Made by a program: the position numbers and the translations under genes | Source: an uncultured Blautia sp. | Lineage (GTDB): Bacteria > Bacillota > Clostridia > Lachnospirales > Lachnospiraceae | Assembly: GCA_938028845.1 (NCBI GenBank) | Contig: CALIZJ010000150.1 | Span: 1-58,261 of the forward strand | Direction of reading: 5' to 3' | Length of the DNA: 58,261 nt | Shown: positions 7,691-17,404 of the stretch, piece after piece | How the letters are laid out: every line of letters starts with the position of its first letter | How positions within the stretch are numbered: the stretch's first letter is position 1 | Notes under the pieces: generated by a model | Database searches by the model: none | The model's input: only the letters and a program-made list of their open reading frames with translations | What the model was told of the DNA's origin: nothing

Positions 7691-8962
7691 ATGAAAAAAG
7701 TTGTGATTGCAGGAGGCGGCTGGTCAGGATGTGCAGCCGCTATCGAAGCCAGAAAATTAGGGGCTGAGGTGACTTTATTAGAAAGGACAGATATGCTTCT
7801 TGGAACCGGTCTGGTAGGCGGCATCATGAGAAATAACGGAAGATACACCGCTACAGAAGAAATGATCGCCATGGGCGGCGGTGAATTATTCCAGGTTATT
7901 GACCAGAACCTTCGCCATAAAAACGTGGAATTTCCCGGTCATGCCCACGCAGACCTTTACGATGTGGCAACTATCTCCGGAGCGGTCACCAGATATATCC
8001 AGTCCCTTGGAATCCAGGTATGTCTCCAGGCAAGGATCACAAAACTGAAAAAAGACAGCAATAAAATCATAAGCATAGAAGACGGAAACGGCAATATTTA
8101 CCAGGGCGACGTATTTATTGATGCTACAGGAACAGCAGGTCCTATGAATAACTGCACAAAATACGGCAACGGCTGCGCTATGTGTGTGTTAAGATGTCCA
8201 AGCTTCGGCGGGCGTGTATCTGTTACAGGCCTTGCCGGTGTAGAGGAAATGCAGGGAAAGAAAGCAGATGGAAGCGTAGGTTCCATGAGTGGTTCCTGTA
8301 AGCTTTTAAAAGAGTCCCTGGCTCCGGAAATCGTAAAAGAACTGGATGAAAAAGGCGTGGTTGTCTGGCCTATTCCCCAGGAACTCCGCGAAGACCATCT
8401 GGGCATCAAATGCTGCCAGCAGTACGCTCTGCCCCAGTTCCGGGATAATATCGTTCTTTTGGACACCGGACACGCAAAGCTGATGACGCCATTTTATAAT
8501 CTGGAAACTTTGCATCAGATACCAGGCTTTGAAAATGCACGCTATGAAGATCCTTATTCCGGCGGAAAAGGAAATTCCATGCGCTACTTCGCTATGGCTC
8601 CAAGAAGCAATGCACTGCAGGTAGAAGGCGTGGATAATCTGTTCTGTGCCGGAGAAAAAGCAGGTCTTCTGGTGGGACACACCGAAGCCATCGTTACCGG
8701 CGTACTGGCAGGATACAATGCGGTTCTGTACTGTGAAGGAAAAGAACCTCTGACCCTTCCGGAAAGCACTGTGATCGGCGATGCCATTGCCTTTGTAAAG
8801 AAAGAAATGGAAACCGAAGAGGGACGCTCCCGCAAATATACCTTCTCAGGATCTGTATATTTTGAGAGAATGAAAGAAATAAACCGTTACAGCACCGATT
8901 CCGATACCATACGCGGCTGGGTAGAAGAAGCCGGAATGACTGGCGTATTTGACAGAAAATAA
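7691..8962 (+). CDS. FAD-dependent oxidoreductase, GidA/TrmFO-like, with a Cys cluster
   Basis: Rossmann motif VVIAGGGWSGCAAA, DATG, NLFCAGEKAG..GHTEAI..G.LAG; C-x6-C-x2-C-x3-CP motif. RBS AAGGAG. Confidence 0.8.
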   Translation: MKKVVIAGGGWSGCAAAIEARKLGAEVTLLERTDMLLGTGLVGGIMRNNGRYTATEEMIAMGGGELFQVIDQNLRHKNVEFPGHAHADLYDVATISGAVTRYIQSLGIQVCLQARITKLKKDSNKIISIEDGNGNIYQGDVFIDATGTAGPMNNCTKYGNGCAMCVLRCPSFGGRVSVTGLAGVEEMQGKKADGSVGSMSGSCKLLKESLAPEIVKELDEKGVVVWPIPQELREDHLGIKCCQQYALPQFRDNIVLLDTGHAKLMTPFYNLETLHQIPGFENARYEDPYSGGKGNSMRYFAMAPRSNALQVEGVDNLFCAGEKAGLLVGHTEAIVTGVLAGYNAVLYCEGKEPLTLPESTVIGDAIAFVKKEMETEEGRSRKYTFSGSVYFERMKEINRYSTDSDTIRGWVEEAGMTGVFDRK

Positions 8963-9006
8963 GTTTTTTAAATAGCAGGCGCGCAGCCCGTAATAAAACC
9001 ACCAAC

Positions 9007-9048
9007 AAAAAATCAGCCCTTTGTCGCACAGACAAGAGCTGATTTTTT
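9007..9048. terminator. Bidirectional intrinsic terminator
   Basis: A6-TCAGC..TTGTC-GCACA-GACAA..GCTGA-T6 between convergent genes. Confidence 0.75.
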
Positions 9049-9092
9049 GCTGCTTATTATTGTCTAAACCCATCAATTACGAAAGTTACGCT

Positions 9093-9932
9093 TTAATACT
9101 CACTCCAGTTTCCATCTTCGTCCCAGACAATATCTCCTTCGGATCCGTCGCTGTAATCCCCGCCGGTATCTGTTCCGTCTCCGGAATCATCGTAGCTGCC
9201 GTCATCGTAGGAACCATCGTCATAAGAACCGTCATCATAATAGCCATCCTCGTAACTGTCGTCATAGTACCCGTCGTCGTAATAGCTGTCATCATAATAA
9301 CTGTCGTCATAATAACTATCGTCATAGCTGCTGTCGTAATAACTGTCCTCGTAATATCCGCTGTCATAAGAGCTATCCTCGTAGGAGGCGTCATAGGAGT
9401 CCGATTCTGTGGTAGTTGTCTCGTTCTTTGTACTCAGGCTTAAATATCTTAAATATACACTCCCTTCCTCCAGGTGGAGACTTGCCCGTTCCATATCGCT
9501 CAGCTCCACATTGTAGATCTCATAAGTGTTTCCATCTTCGGCGACAATCTGCATATTGTATAACGTGCCTTCCTCTGCTGACGGCTCATAATACATATTT
9601 ACCTCTTCTGCAGCCCTCACAGAAGATTCCGCGGGAATCAGGTTATTTCCCCACTCTTCTGTACCGGAGACCCGGATATAGATCTTCCTTAAATCCACTC
9701 CTGTACTGTTTGTCAGGGATATGTATCTGGATGTATCCGTCTTTACTCCGATCAGCTTAGGCGCTGGGGTCGCAGTGGGAATAGGAGTCGGCGTCGCCGG
9801 CACTGGCGTTGGGGTCGCTGTAGGTGCCGGAGTTGGGGTGATCTCCCCTCTGCCTTTAGAACCGCCGCAGCCGCTTCCAAAAGAAGCCAGCGCCAAACAA
9901 AGTATACAAACCGTTACCGCAGATTTTTTCAT
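9093..9932 (-). CDS. Putative lipoprotein with a Pro/Thr linker and Tyr/Asp-repeat tail
   Basis: Signal ends in GSG-C (lipobox-like), followed by PTPAPTATPTP, a small beta domain and (YYDDS/G)n. RBS GGAGG precedes ATG 9932. Confidence 0.7.
   Translation of the reverse strand: MKKSAVTVCILCLALASFGSGCGGSKGRGEITPTPAPTATPTPVPATPTPIPTATPAPKLIGVKTDTSRYISLTNSTGVDLRKIYIRVSGTEEWGNNLIPAESSVRAAEEVNMYYEPSAEEGTLYNMQIVAEDGNTYEIYNVELSDMERASLHLEEGSVYLRYLSLSTKNETTTTESDSYDASYEDSSYDSGYYEDSYYDSSYDDSYYDDSYYDDSYYDDGYYDDSYEDGYYDDGSYDDGSYDDGSYDDSGDGTDTGGDYSDGSEGDIVWDEDGNWSEY
9190..9395 (-). repeat. Degenerate 15-bp tandem repeats encoding YYDDS/SYDDG
   Basis: Recurrent CTGTCGTCATAATAA-like units, a dozen or more imperfect copies. 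Confidence 0.85.
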
Positions 9933-9977
9933 AATATTTTTGCCTCCATAAGTACTTTTTGTCAAATTCTTCTGTGC

Positions 9978-11483
9978 TTAATTTTCTTCTTCCTCTCGCG
10001 TCCATTCCAGAGTACACCGTACTGCTTTTTTCCAGCCCTTTAAAAGATTCTCTCTTTTCTCTCCGGAAATCTGCGGAACAAATACCCTTTCCTGCTGCCA
10101 GTTTTCTCTCACTTCTTCCGCATCCTTCCAAAATCCTGTAGCCAGCCCTGCCAGATACGCTGCCCCAAGGGCCGTAGTCTCGATACAGCTTGGCCGCACT
10201 ACACTGGCATCTAAAATATCCGCCTGGAACTGCATCAGGAAATCATTGGCGCTGGCTCCGCCGTCTACCCGCAGAGAATTCAGCTTTCTGCCCGCGTCCA
10301 TTTCCATTGCCTTTATTACGTCATATACCTGATATGCCAGTGATTCCACAGTGGCGCGGATCAGGTGCGCTCTGTCCGCTCCCCGGGTAAGCCCCAGGAT
10401 CGTACCTTTTGCATATTGGTTCCAGTAAGGCGCTCCTAAGCCGGTAAAAGCAGGCACCACATAAACGCCGTTGCTGTCCGGCACAGAAGTACAGTATTTT
10501 TCTGATTCCGGCGCGCTTTCCAGGATCTTAAGCTCATCCCGCAGCCACTGGATAGCCGCTCCCGCCACGAACACACTGCCTTCCAGGGCATATCCCGGCG
10601 TACCGTCCCCATTTATTGCCATAGTGGTCAAAAGCCCGTTTTCTGAGCTTACCGCCTCATTTCCCGTATGCATTAATAGGAAACCGCCTGTGCCATATGT
10701 ATTCTTCACATCCCCCGGCTGGGTGCAGCATTGGCCAAAAAGCGCCGCCTGCTGATCCCCGGCAGCCCCGGCTATGGGAATCCTGCCGCCCATAATCCCT
10801 TCATCGGTATAGCCGTAAATACAGGAACTGGGCTTTACTTCTGGAAGCATACAGGCTGGAATGTCCAGCCGCTTTAAAATCTCCTCGTCCCACTGCTTTT
10901 TATGGATATCAAAAAGCATGGTACGGGAGGCATTGGTATAATCCGTCACATGCACCTTGCCCCTGGTCAGTTTCCAGATCAGCCAGGTATCCACAGTTCC
11001 AAACAAAAGGTTCCCTTTTTCCGCGGCTTCTCTTGCCCCATGCACATAATCCAGGATCCAGCGAAGCTTCGTCCCGGAAAAATATGCATCCGGGATCAGT
11101 CCGGTTTTTTCTCTGATCACCTGGGCCAATCCATCTTTTTCCAGCTCTTCCACCATCTTGGCTGTTCTTCTGCACTGCCATACAATGGCGGGATAGACGG
11201 GATTTCCCGTTATCTTATCCCAGACAATGGTAGTCTCTCTCTGATTTGTGATGCCGATGGAATCAATGTCTTTTATATCCGCCCCGATTTTTCCCATTGC
11301 CTCTTTTACCACTGCCATCTGGGAAGACCAGATCTCATGTGGATCGTGTTCCACCCAGCCGGCTTTGGGATAATACTGGGTATACTCTTTTTGCGCCACA
11401 CTGCACATGGTTCCTTTTTTGTCAAATAAGATGCACCGGGAACTTGTAGTCCCCTGGTCTAATGCCATTACATAATTTCCCAT
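9978..11483 (-). CDS. glpK: Glycerol kinase
   Basis: [48 protein letters not shown] motifs. Start moved to ATG 11483 (RBS AGGAGG). Confidence 0.97.
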   Translation of the reverse strand: MGNYVMALDQGTTSSRCILFDKKGTMCSVAQKEYTQYYPKAGWVEHDPHEIWSSQMAVVKEAMGKIGADIKDIDSIGITNQRETTIVWDKITGNPVYPAIVWQCRRTAKMVEELEKDGLAQVIREKTGLIPDAYFSGTKLRWILDYVHGAREAAEKGNLLFGTVDTWLIWKLTRGKVHVTDYTNASRTMLFDIHKKQWDEEILKRLDIPACMLPEVKPSSCIYGYTDEGIMGGRIPIAGAAGDQQAALFGQCCTQPGDVKNTYGTGGFLLMHTGNEAVSSENGLLTTMAINGDGTPGYALEGSVFVAGAAIQWLRDELKILESAPESEKYCTSVPDSNGVYVVPAFTGLGAPYWNQYAKGTILGLTRGADRAHLIRATVESLAYQVYDVIKAMEMDAGRKLNSLRVDGGASANDFLMQFQADILDASVVRPSCIETTALGAAYLAGLATGFWKDAEEVRENWQQERVFVPQISGEKRENLLKGWKKAVRCTLEWTREEEEN

Positions 11484-11524
11484 AAAAACCCTCCTGTTAT
11501 CCTTTTTCTGCATCCCATAAAAAT

Positions 11525-12427
11525 TTATCCCAATAAATTTTTTCCAATAAAATACCCCAGCACCAAAACGCCAAGAACGATCCTGTACACGCCAAAAGCC
11601 TTAAAATCATGCTTTTTGATGTAACTCATCAAAAATTTAATGGCCAGTATAGAAACCACAAAGGCAACTGCGCAGCCCACCACAAGTATGACCACTTCGC
11701 TGGCAGTAAAGGTCAGACCAAATTTCAAAAGTTTTAAAAGGCTTGCCCCAAACATTACCGGGATTGCAAGAAAGAATGTAAATTCCGCCGCTACCGTACG
11801 GGAAGTTCCTACAAGAATCCCTCCTATGATAGTGGAACCGGAACGGGAGGTTCCGGGAATCACCGACAAAACCTGAAAAATCCCAATAAGAAACGCCGTT
11901 TTAAAGGATAATTTCTCTAAAGACGTGCACACCGGCTTTCTCTTTTTATTGTAATCTTCTATGATGATAAAAAGGACGCCATACACGATCAATGCGATGG
12001 CTACCACCACATAGTTGTTAAATTTTTCTTCTATGTAATCGTTAAAGGGAAGCGCAATAACAATGGTGGGGATACAGGCGACCAGTATTTTAAACCATAA
12101 GATCCATTTCTCTTTATCGCAAAACCGCTCCACAAATGTCAGTATCCATCTGGAAACTGCAGGCTGCCTTGAAATTGCCGCTTCTTTTTGCTTTGACAAT
12201 TTATTGATACGAAACGGCCACAGCTTGCTCCAGTATAAGACAACTACTGCCAGGATTGCCCCTAACTGAATGGCTACAAGGAAAAAGTCCTTAAATTCCC
12301 GGCTTACGTCCAGCTTAATAAATTCATCCACCAGGATCATATGTCCGGTGCTGCTTATTGGCAGCCACTCTGTGATTCCCTCTACGATACCCAGGAGCAC
12401 TGCCTTTAAAATCTCTAAAATATCCAT
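11525..12427 (-). CDS. uppP: Undecaprenyl-diphosphate phosphatase
   Basis: [17 protein letters not shown] and [10 protein letters not shown] motifs. Confidence 0.96.
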   Translation of the reverse strand: MDILEILKAVLLGIVEGITEWLPISSTGHMILVDEFIKLDVSREFKDFFLVAIQLGAILAVVVLYWSKLWPFRINKLSKQKEAAISRQPAVSRWILTFVERFCDKEKWILWFKILVACIPTIVIALPFNDYIEEKFNNYVVVAIALIVYGVLFIIIEDYNKKRKPVCTSLEKLSFKTAFLIGIFQVLSVIPGTSRSGSTIIGGILVGTSRTVAAEFTFFLAIPVMFGASLLKLLKFGLTFTASEVVILVVGCAVAFVVSILAIKFLMSYIKKHDFKAFGVYRIVLGVLVLGYFIGKNLLG

Positions 12428-12480
12428 ACATTCCCCTTTCTGTTCTCTTCACCCCATTGCCGCTCATCCTTAAGATACGC

Positions 12481-12519
12481 AAAAGAGGATGAAGCTTCCT
12501 TATTTTTCTTCATCCTCTT
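12481..12519 (-). terminator. Hairpin downstream of carB
   Basis: 12-bp arms AAGAGGATGAAG / CTTCATCCTCTT with a short U run on the minus strand. Confidence 0.5.
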
Positions 12520-12640
12520 AAGTATATTACACCTGATTCACTTCGTAAACTTCTTTTTCTGGAGCTCTGAAATTTTTCCCATCCCCGTCAGGACATTTGT
12601 GTGCTGACAAAAAAGAGAAAAACATGTATTTTCTTGTTCC

Positions 12641-15600
12641 TTATCTCCGGTCAATGGTAGCGATATCGATCAGGGTCAGGTTATTCAGATCTGTATTTTC
12701 CAAACTGGTCACAAGAGCTTCCGCTGTATCCAGGCTGGTCAGCACATTCACACCAGTTTCAATGGCATTTCTTCTGATCAGGAATCCATCCTTCTGATGT
12801 TCCACACCCTGAGGCGGTGTATCGATAACCACATCGATCTTATGTCCAAGGATCAAATCCAAAAGGTTCGGAGCCGGCTGTTCCAGTTTATTGGTACGGA
12901 TCACCTTGATCCCGTTTTCCTTTAAGGCCCTTGCCGTGCCTCTTGTGGCGTAAATACGGTAGCCCAGTGCCTCAAACCTTCTTGCAATAGGAACAATATC
13001 CTGCTGATCCTCATCCTTCACGGTAATGATCATATTTTTATATTTTGGAAGACGGATTCCTGCTCCCAGGAACGCCTTATACAAAGCTTCATTAAAGGTC
13101 TTGGCAATACCCAGACATTCTCCGGTAGACTTCATCTCCGGTCCCAGGCTGATGTCCGCCCCGTGGATCTTCTCAAAGGAGAATACCGGCATCTTAATGG
13201 CAATATACTCTGCTTCCGGCTGCAGTCCAGGCTTATAGCCAAGGTCTTTCAGTTTATAACCAAGAATCACCTTTGTGGCAAGAGGAACGATAGGAATACC
13301 CGTTACCTTGCTGATATACGGCACTGTACGGCTGGAACGGGGATTTACCTCGATCACGTACACCTCTTCGTTGCACACGATAAACTGAATGTTGATCATA
13401 CCGATCACATGGAGCGCTTTCGCCAGACGGCGGGTGTACTCTGCAATTGTTTCCTTTGCCTTAGCGCTGATGGTCTGTGCAGGATAAACAGAGATACTGT
13501 CTCCTGAATGAACCCCCGCGCGCTCAATATGTTCCATAATACCCGGAATCAGGATATCCTCTCCATCGCATACAGCATCCACTTCGATTTCTTTTCCCAT
13601 AAGGTACTTATCCACAAGAATCGGATGCTCCTGTGCGATCTGGTTGATAATTCCGATATATTCTTCTACGTCTTCATCGCTTACCGCAATACGCATTCCC
13701 TGTCCCCCAAGAACATAGGAAGGGCGTACCAGAACCGGATAACCAAGCTCTGCTGCTGCCTTTTTCGCTTCCTCGGCGGTAAATACCGTGTGTCCCTTTG
13801 GACGGGGGATCTCGCACTGCTCCAAGATCTGGTCAAACAACTCTCTGTCCTCTGCTGCATCCACATTTTCTGCGGAAGTTCCTAAGATTTTTACACCCAT
13901 CTTTATTAAAGCTTCTGTAAGCTTGATGGCTGTCTGACCGCCGAACTGCACTACCGCACCGTCTGGTTTTTCAATATTTACGATATTTTCCACATCTTCC
14001 GGAGTCAGAGGTTCAAAATACAGCTTATCTGCAATATCAAAGTCTGTACTTACTGTTTCAGGGTTATTGTTAACGATGATCGTCTCATATCCTTCTTTGG
14101 AGAACGCCCAAGTACAGTGTACAGAACAAAAGTCAAATTCGATTCCCTGTCCGATACGGATAGGGCCGGAACCAAGTACAAGGACTTTCTTCTTATCCGG
14201 GGTTGCCACCGCTTCATTTTCGATGCCGGCATCTCCGTATACAGAATAATAATAAGGCGTAGCTGCCGCAAATTCTGCCGCACAGGTATCTACCATCTTA
14301 TAAGCTGCTATGATTCCGTATTCCCGACGCATTTCCTTTACCTCTGCTTCTGTCTTTCCAGAGAGGCGCGCGATCACATTGTCCGGGAATTCCAGGCGCT
14401 TTGCTTCCAAAAGGGTGGATGGGGTAAGTTCCTGTTTCTTTAAAATCTCCTCCATTTCCACCAGGATTGCCAGCTTATCGATAAACCACAAATCGATTTT
14501 TGTAATCCGGTGAATTTCCTCCTGGGAAAGTCCCCGGCGGATAGCTTCGGCAATCTTCCAGATCCTGCGGTCATCCACGATCTTTAACTCGTCCAAAAGG
14601 TCTTCCTGGGAAAGCCCGGAAAAATCATAGGACAAAAGGCTGTCCACATGCTGCTCCAAAGAACGGATCGCTTTCATTAAAGCTCCTTCAAAGCTGTGGC
14701 AGATACTCATTACCTCGCCAGTAGCCTTCATCTGTGTGGTCAGCGTTCTCTTTGCCGTAATAAATTTATCAAAAGGCAGACGCGGAATCTTAACTACGCA
14801 GTAATCCAGCATAGGCTCAAAGCTTGCGTAAGTCTTTCCGGTAATGGCATTTGGGATCTCATCCAGGGTATAACCAAGGGCAATCTTTGCCGCTACTTTT
14901 GCGATAGGATAACCTGTAGCCTTACTTGCAAGGGCAGAAGAACGGCTCACACGTGGGTTTACTTCGATCACACAATACTCAAAGCTTTCCGGATGAAGGG
15001 CATACTGTACGTTACAGCCGCCTGTAATGCCAAGTTCTGTGATAATGTTTAAAGCAGAGGTACGAAGCATCTGGTATTCTTTGTCCCCCAAAGTCTGGGA
15101 AGGAGCCACTACGATGGAGTCTCCTGTATGAACGCCTACCGGGTCGATATTCTCCATGTTGCAGACAGTGATACAGTTCCCGGCACTGTCCCTCATAACC
15201 TCATACTCGATCTCTTTCCATCCGGCAATGCAGCGCTCCACAAGAACTTCTCCCACTCGGGAAAGGCGCAGGCCGTTTTCCAGGATTTCCCGAAGTTCCT
15301 GCTCATTATTGGCGATACCGCCGCCGCTTCCTCCCAGGGTATAAGCCGGGCGGAGCACTACCGGGTATCCGATCTCATTGGTAAAGGCAAGACCGTCTTC
15401 CACTGTGGTAACTACCTTAGACGCTGCCACAGGCTCACCGATCTTTTCCATAGTATCTTTAAATTCCTGACGGTCCTCTGCCTTTTTAATGGTCTCTGCA
15501 GTAGTACCGATCAGGCGAACGTTATGCTCTTTAAAAAATCCCTTTTCCTCCAGCTCCATGGCAAGGTTTAAGCCTGCCTGGCCTCCCAATGTAGGAAGGA

Positions 15601-15856
15601 CGCTGTCCGGTTTTTCCTTTAAAATAAGCTGCTCTACTACTTCTACGGTAAGGGGCTCGATATATACTCTGTCTGCAATGTCCTTGTCTGTCATAATGGT
15701 AGCCGGGTTGGAGTTTAAAAGAACTACCTCTAATCCTTCTTCCTTTAAAGAACGGCAAGCCTGTGTTCCCGCATAATCGAACTCTGCTGCCTGTCCGATG
15801 ACGATCGGCCCGGAGCCGATGACAAGTACCTTCTTAATCTCTTTATTTCTCGGCAT
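12641..15856 (-). CDS. carB: Carbamoyl-phosphate synthase large subunit
   Basis: GSGPIVIGQAAEFDYAG, duplicated ATP-grasp domains, IEVNPRVSRSS, C-terminal MGS domain; 1071 aa. Confidence 0.98.
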   Translation of the reverse strand: MPRNKEIKKVLVIGSGPIVIGQAAEFDYAGTQACRSLKEEGLEVVLLNSNPATIMTDKDIADRVYIEPLTVEVVEQLILKEKPDSVLPTLGGQAGLNLAMELEEKGFFKEHNVRLIGTTAETIKKAEDRQEFKDTMEKIGEPVAASKVVTTVEDGLAFTNEIGYPVVLRPAYTLGGSGGGIANNEQELREILENGLRLSRVGEVLVERCIAGWKEIEYEVMRDSAGNCITVCNMENIDPVGVHTGDSIVVAPSQTLGDKEYQMLRTSALNIITELGITGGCNVQYALHPESFEYCVIEVNPRVSRSSALASKATGYPIAKVAAKIALGYTLDEIPNAITGKTYASFEPMLDYCVVKIPRLPFDKFITAKRTLTTQMKATGEVMSICHSFEGALMKAIRSLEQHVDSLLSYDFSGLSQEDLLDELKIVDDRRIWKIAEAIRRGLSQEEIHRITKIDLWFIDKLAILVEMEEILKKQELTPSTLLEAKRLEFPDNVIARLSGKTEAEVKEMRREYGIIAAYKMVDTCAAEFAAATPYYYSVYGDAGIENEAVATPDKKKVLVLGSGPIRIGQGIEFDFCSVHCTWAFSKEGYETIIVNNNPETVSTDFDIADKLYFEPLTPEDVENIVNIEKPDGAVVQFGGQTAIKLTEALIKMGVKILGTSAENVDAAEDRELFDQILEQCEIPRPKGHTVFTAEEAKKAAAELGYPVLVRPSYVLGGQGMRIAVSDEDVEEYIGIINQIAQEHPILVDKYLMGKEIEVDAVCDGEDILIPGIMEHIERAGVHSGDSISVYPAQTISAKAKETIAEYTRRLAKALHVIGMINIQFIVCNEEVYVIEVNPRSSRTVPYISKVTGIPIVPLATKVILGYKLKDLGYKPGLQPEAEYIAIKMPVFSFEKIHGADISLGPEMKSTGECLGIAKTFNEALYKAFLGAGIRLPKYKNMIITVKDEDQQDIVPIARRFEALGYRIYATRGTARALKENGIKVIRTNKLEQPAPNLLDLILGHKIDVVIDTPPQGVEHQKDGFLIRRNAIETGVNVLTSLDTAEALVTSLENTDLNNLTLIDIATIDRR

Positions 15857-16932
15857 TATTTCTTTCCTCCCATCATTTCCATAAACCTGTCAAACAAATA
15901 GCTGGAGTCCTGCGGTCCCGGGCAGGCTTCCGGATGGAACTGTACGGTAAAAATATTCTTTCCTTCGTATGCCATACCTTCATTTGTCCCATCGTTTACA
16001 TTAACAAATGCCGGTCTTGCGATATTTTTTTCTTCCAGAACCTTGGCGTCTACTACATATCCATGGTTCTGGGAAGAGATATAAACTCTTCCGGTGGAAA
16101 GATCTTTTACCGGATGGTTTCCGCCTCTGTGTCCGTATTTCATTTTATAGGTATCTCCGCCTGTGGCAAGAGCCATGAGCTGATGTCCCAGACAGATGGC
16201 GAAAATAGGCACATCAGAATCATATAATTTTTTAATTTCTGCAATAATAGAAGTACATTCTTTTGGATCCCCCGGTCCGTTGCTTAACATAATGCCGTCG
16301 GGAGCATCTTTTAAAATCTCTTCCGCTGTAGTAAGAGCCGGATAGATCGTAACCTCACAGCCCCGGGCATTTAAAGATCTGGCAATATTTCTCTTTGCCC
16401 CGAAATCCATCAGTGCTACTTTTGGTCCCTTGCCTTTTAAAACTTCTTTTTCCCGGCAGGTTACTTTTTCCACTACTTTTCCTGTTGTATATTCTTTTAA
16501 TCGGGGGAGGATTGCATCTAAGTCATAATTTTCATCGACCGTGATCATGCCGTTCATGGTACCTTTCTCCCGAAGGATCTTCGTCAACGCTCTGGTATCA
16601 ATTCCGGCAATGCCTGGAATATCATGCTTGGATAAGAAATGCTGAATCGTATCTACGCTTCTGAAATTACTGGGAATACGTGATAATTCCCGAACGATAA
16701 AACCGTCGATCCATGGGCCTCTGGATTCCTGGTCGTCATAACAAATTCCGTAATTACCAATTAAGGGATAGGTCATACACACCGCCTGTCCCGCATAAGA
16801 AGGGTCCGTCATTACTTCCAGATAACCAGTCATGGAAGTATTAAAAACGATCTCGCTGATGACTTCTCTGGTAGAACCGATGCTGGTTCCTGTAAAAACA
16901 GTGCCATCTTCCAATATCAGAAATGCTTTCAT
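15856..16932 (-). CDS. carA: Carbamoyl-phosphate synthase small subunit
   Basis: EIVFNTSMTGY, LSNGPGDP, ICLGHQ, QFHPEA catalytic motifs. Confidence 0.98.
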   Translation of the reverse strand: MKAFLILEDGTVFTGTSIGSTREVISEIVFNTSMTGYLEVMTDPSYAGQAVCMTYPLIGNYGICYDDQESRGPWIDGFIVRELSRIPSNFRSVDTIQHFLSKHDIPGIAGIDTRALTKILREKGTMNGMITVDENYDLDAILPRLKEYTTGKVVEKVTCREKEVLKGKGPKVALMDFGAKRNIARSLNARGCEVTIYPALTTAEEILKDAPDGIMLSNGPGDPKECTSIIAEIKKLYDSDVPIFAICLGHQLMALATGGDTYKMKYGHRGGNHPVKDLSTGRVYISSQNHGYVVDAKVLEEKNIARPAFVNVNDGTNEGMAYEGKNIFTVQFHPEACPGPQDSSYLFDRFMEMMGGKK

Positions 16933-17095
16933 ACAATCTCCCTTTCTCTTGTTTTCTATTATTTTATCCTAAATCTTCAAGATTGTATCACAAGAAGATT
17001 CTTTTTTCAACAGAATTCCAGGCTAAAAATAATTCAGTCTCACTCAAATTCTTTCAGTTTTCTATAAAATTTTTTAAATTTTTTTCATTTTCCTG

Positions 17096-17124
17096 TTGAC
17101 ATTTTCCTCTAACTGATGTATTAT
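17096..17124 (+). promoter_or_regulatory. SigA promoter for tRNA-Leu
   Basis: TTGACA (17096-17101), 17 nt, TATTAT, with an AT-rich UP-like tract upstream. Confidence 0.7.
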
Positions 17125-17160
17125 AATCAAGCAGTCAGGAAATGACTGAAACACAGAAAT

Positions 17161-17244
17161 GCAGGAGTGGCGGAATTGGCAGACGCGCAGGCTTCAGGTG
17201 CCTGTGGTCGCAAGATCGTGTGGGTTCAAGTCCCATCTCCTGCA
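17161..17244 (+). tRNA. tRNA-Leu (anticodon CAG)
   Basis: Acceptor stem GCAGGAG/CTCCTGC+A, anticodon arm CAGGC-TTCAGGT-GCCTG, long variable arm GGTC-GCAA-GATC, T loop GTTCAAG; CCA not encoded. Confidence 0.97.
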
Positions 17245-17255
17245 TTCTTTTTTGT

Positions 17256-17292
17256 CTGGGAAACCTTAAAGCTTATAAGGTTTCCCAGTTTT
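17256..17292 (+). terminator. tRNA terminator
   Basis: CTGGGAAACCTTA...TAAGGTTTCCCAG followed by TTTT. Confidence 0.8.
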
Positions 17293-17334
17293 ACTTTATA
17301 TGATTTTTAAGGAATCTATTTTTAACAAACGCCC

Positions 17335-17380
17335 AAAAAAAATTTGCCCCTCAGAGAAATTTTCTCTGAGGGGCGTTTTT
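17335..17380. terminator. Terminator of the LRR/FN3 gene (bidirectional)
   Basis: GCCCCTCAGAGAAA-T-TTTCTCTGAGGGGC flanked by A and T tracts. Confidence 0.8.
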
Positions 17381-17404
17381 ATAAAGCTGTAATTTCTGTA
17401 ATTT

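Noticed and set aside
9021..9443. Met/Thr-rich and Val/Ile-rich ORFs (9086-9394, 9021-9443)
   Set aside because: Alternate frames and strand of the 15-bp Tyr/Asp repeat.
9978..11483. Orphan glpK without glpF/glpD
   Set aside because: Common in Clostridia; nothing unusual in the sequence.
17161..17400. tRNA-Leu as an island integration site
   Set aside because: No integrase, no duplicated tRNA 3' end noticed, and the flanks are ordinary chromosomal genes.
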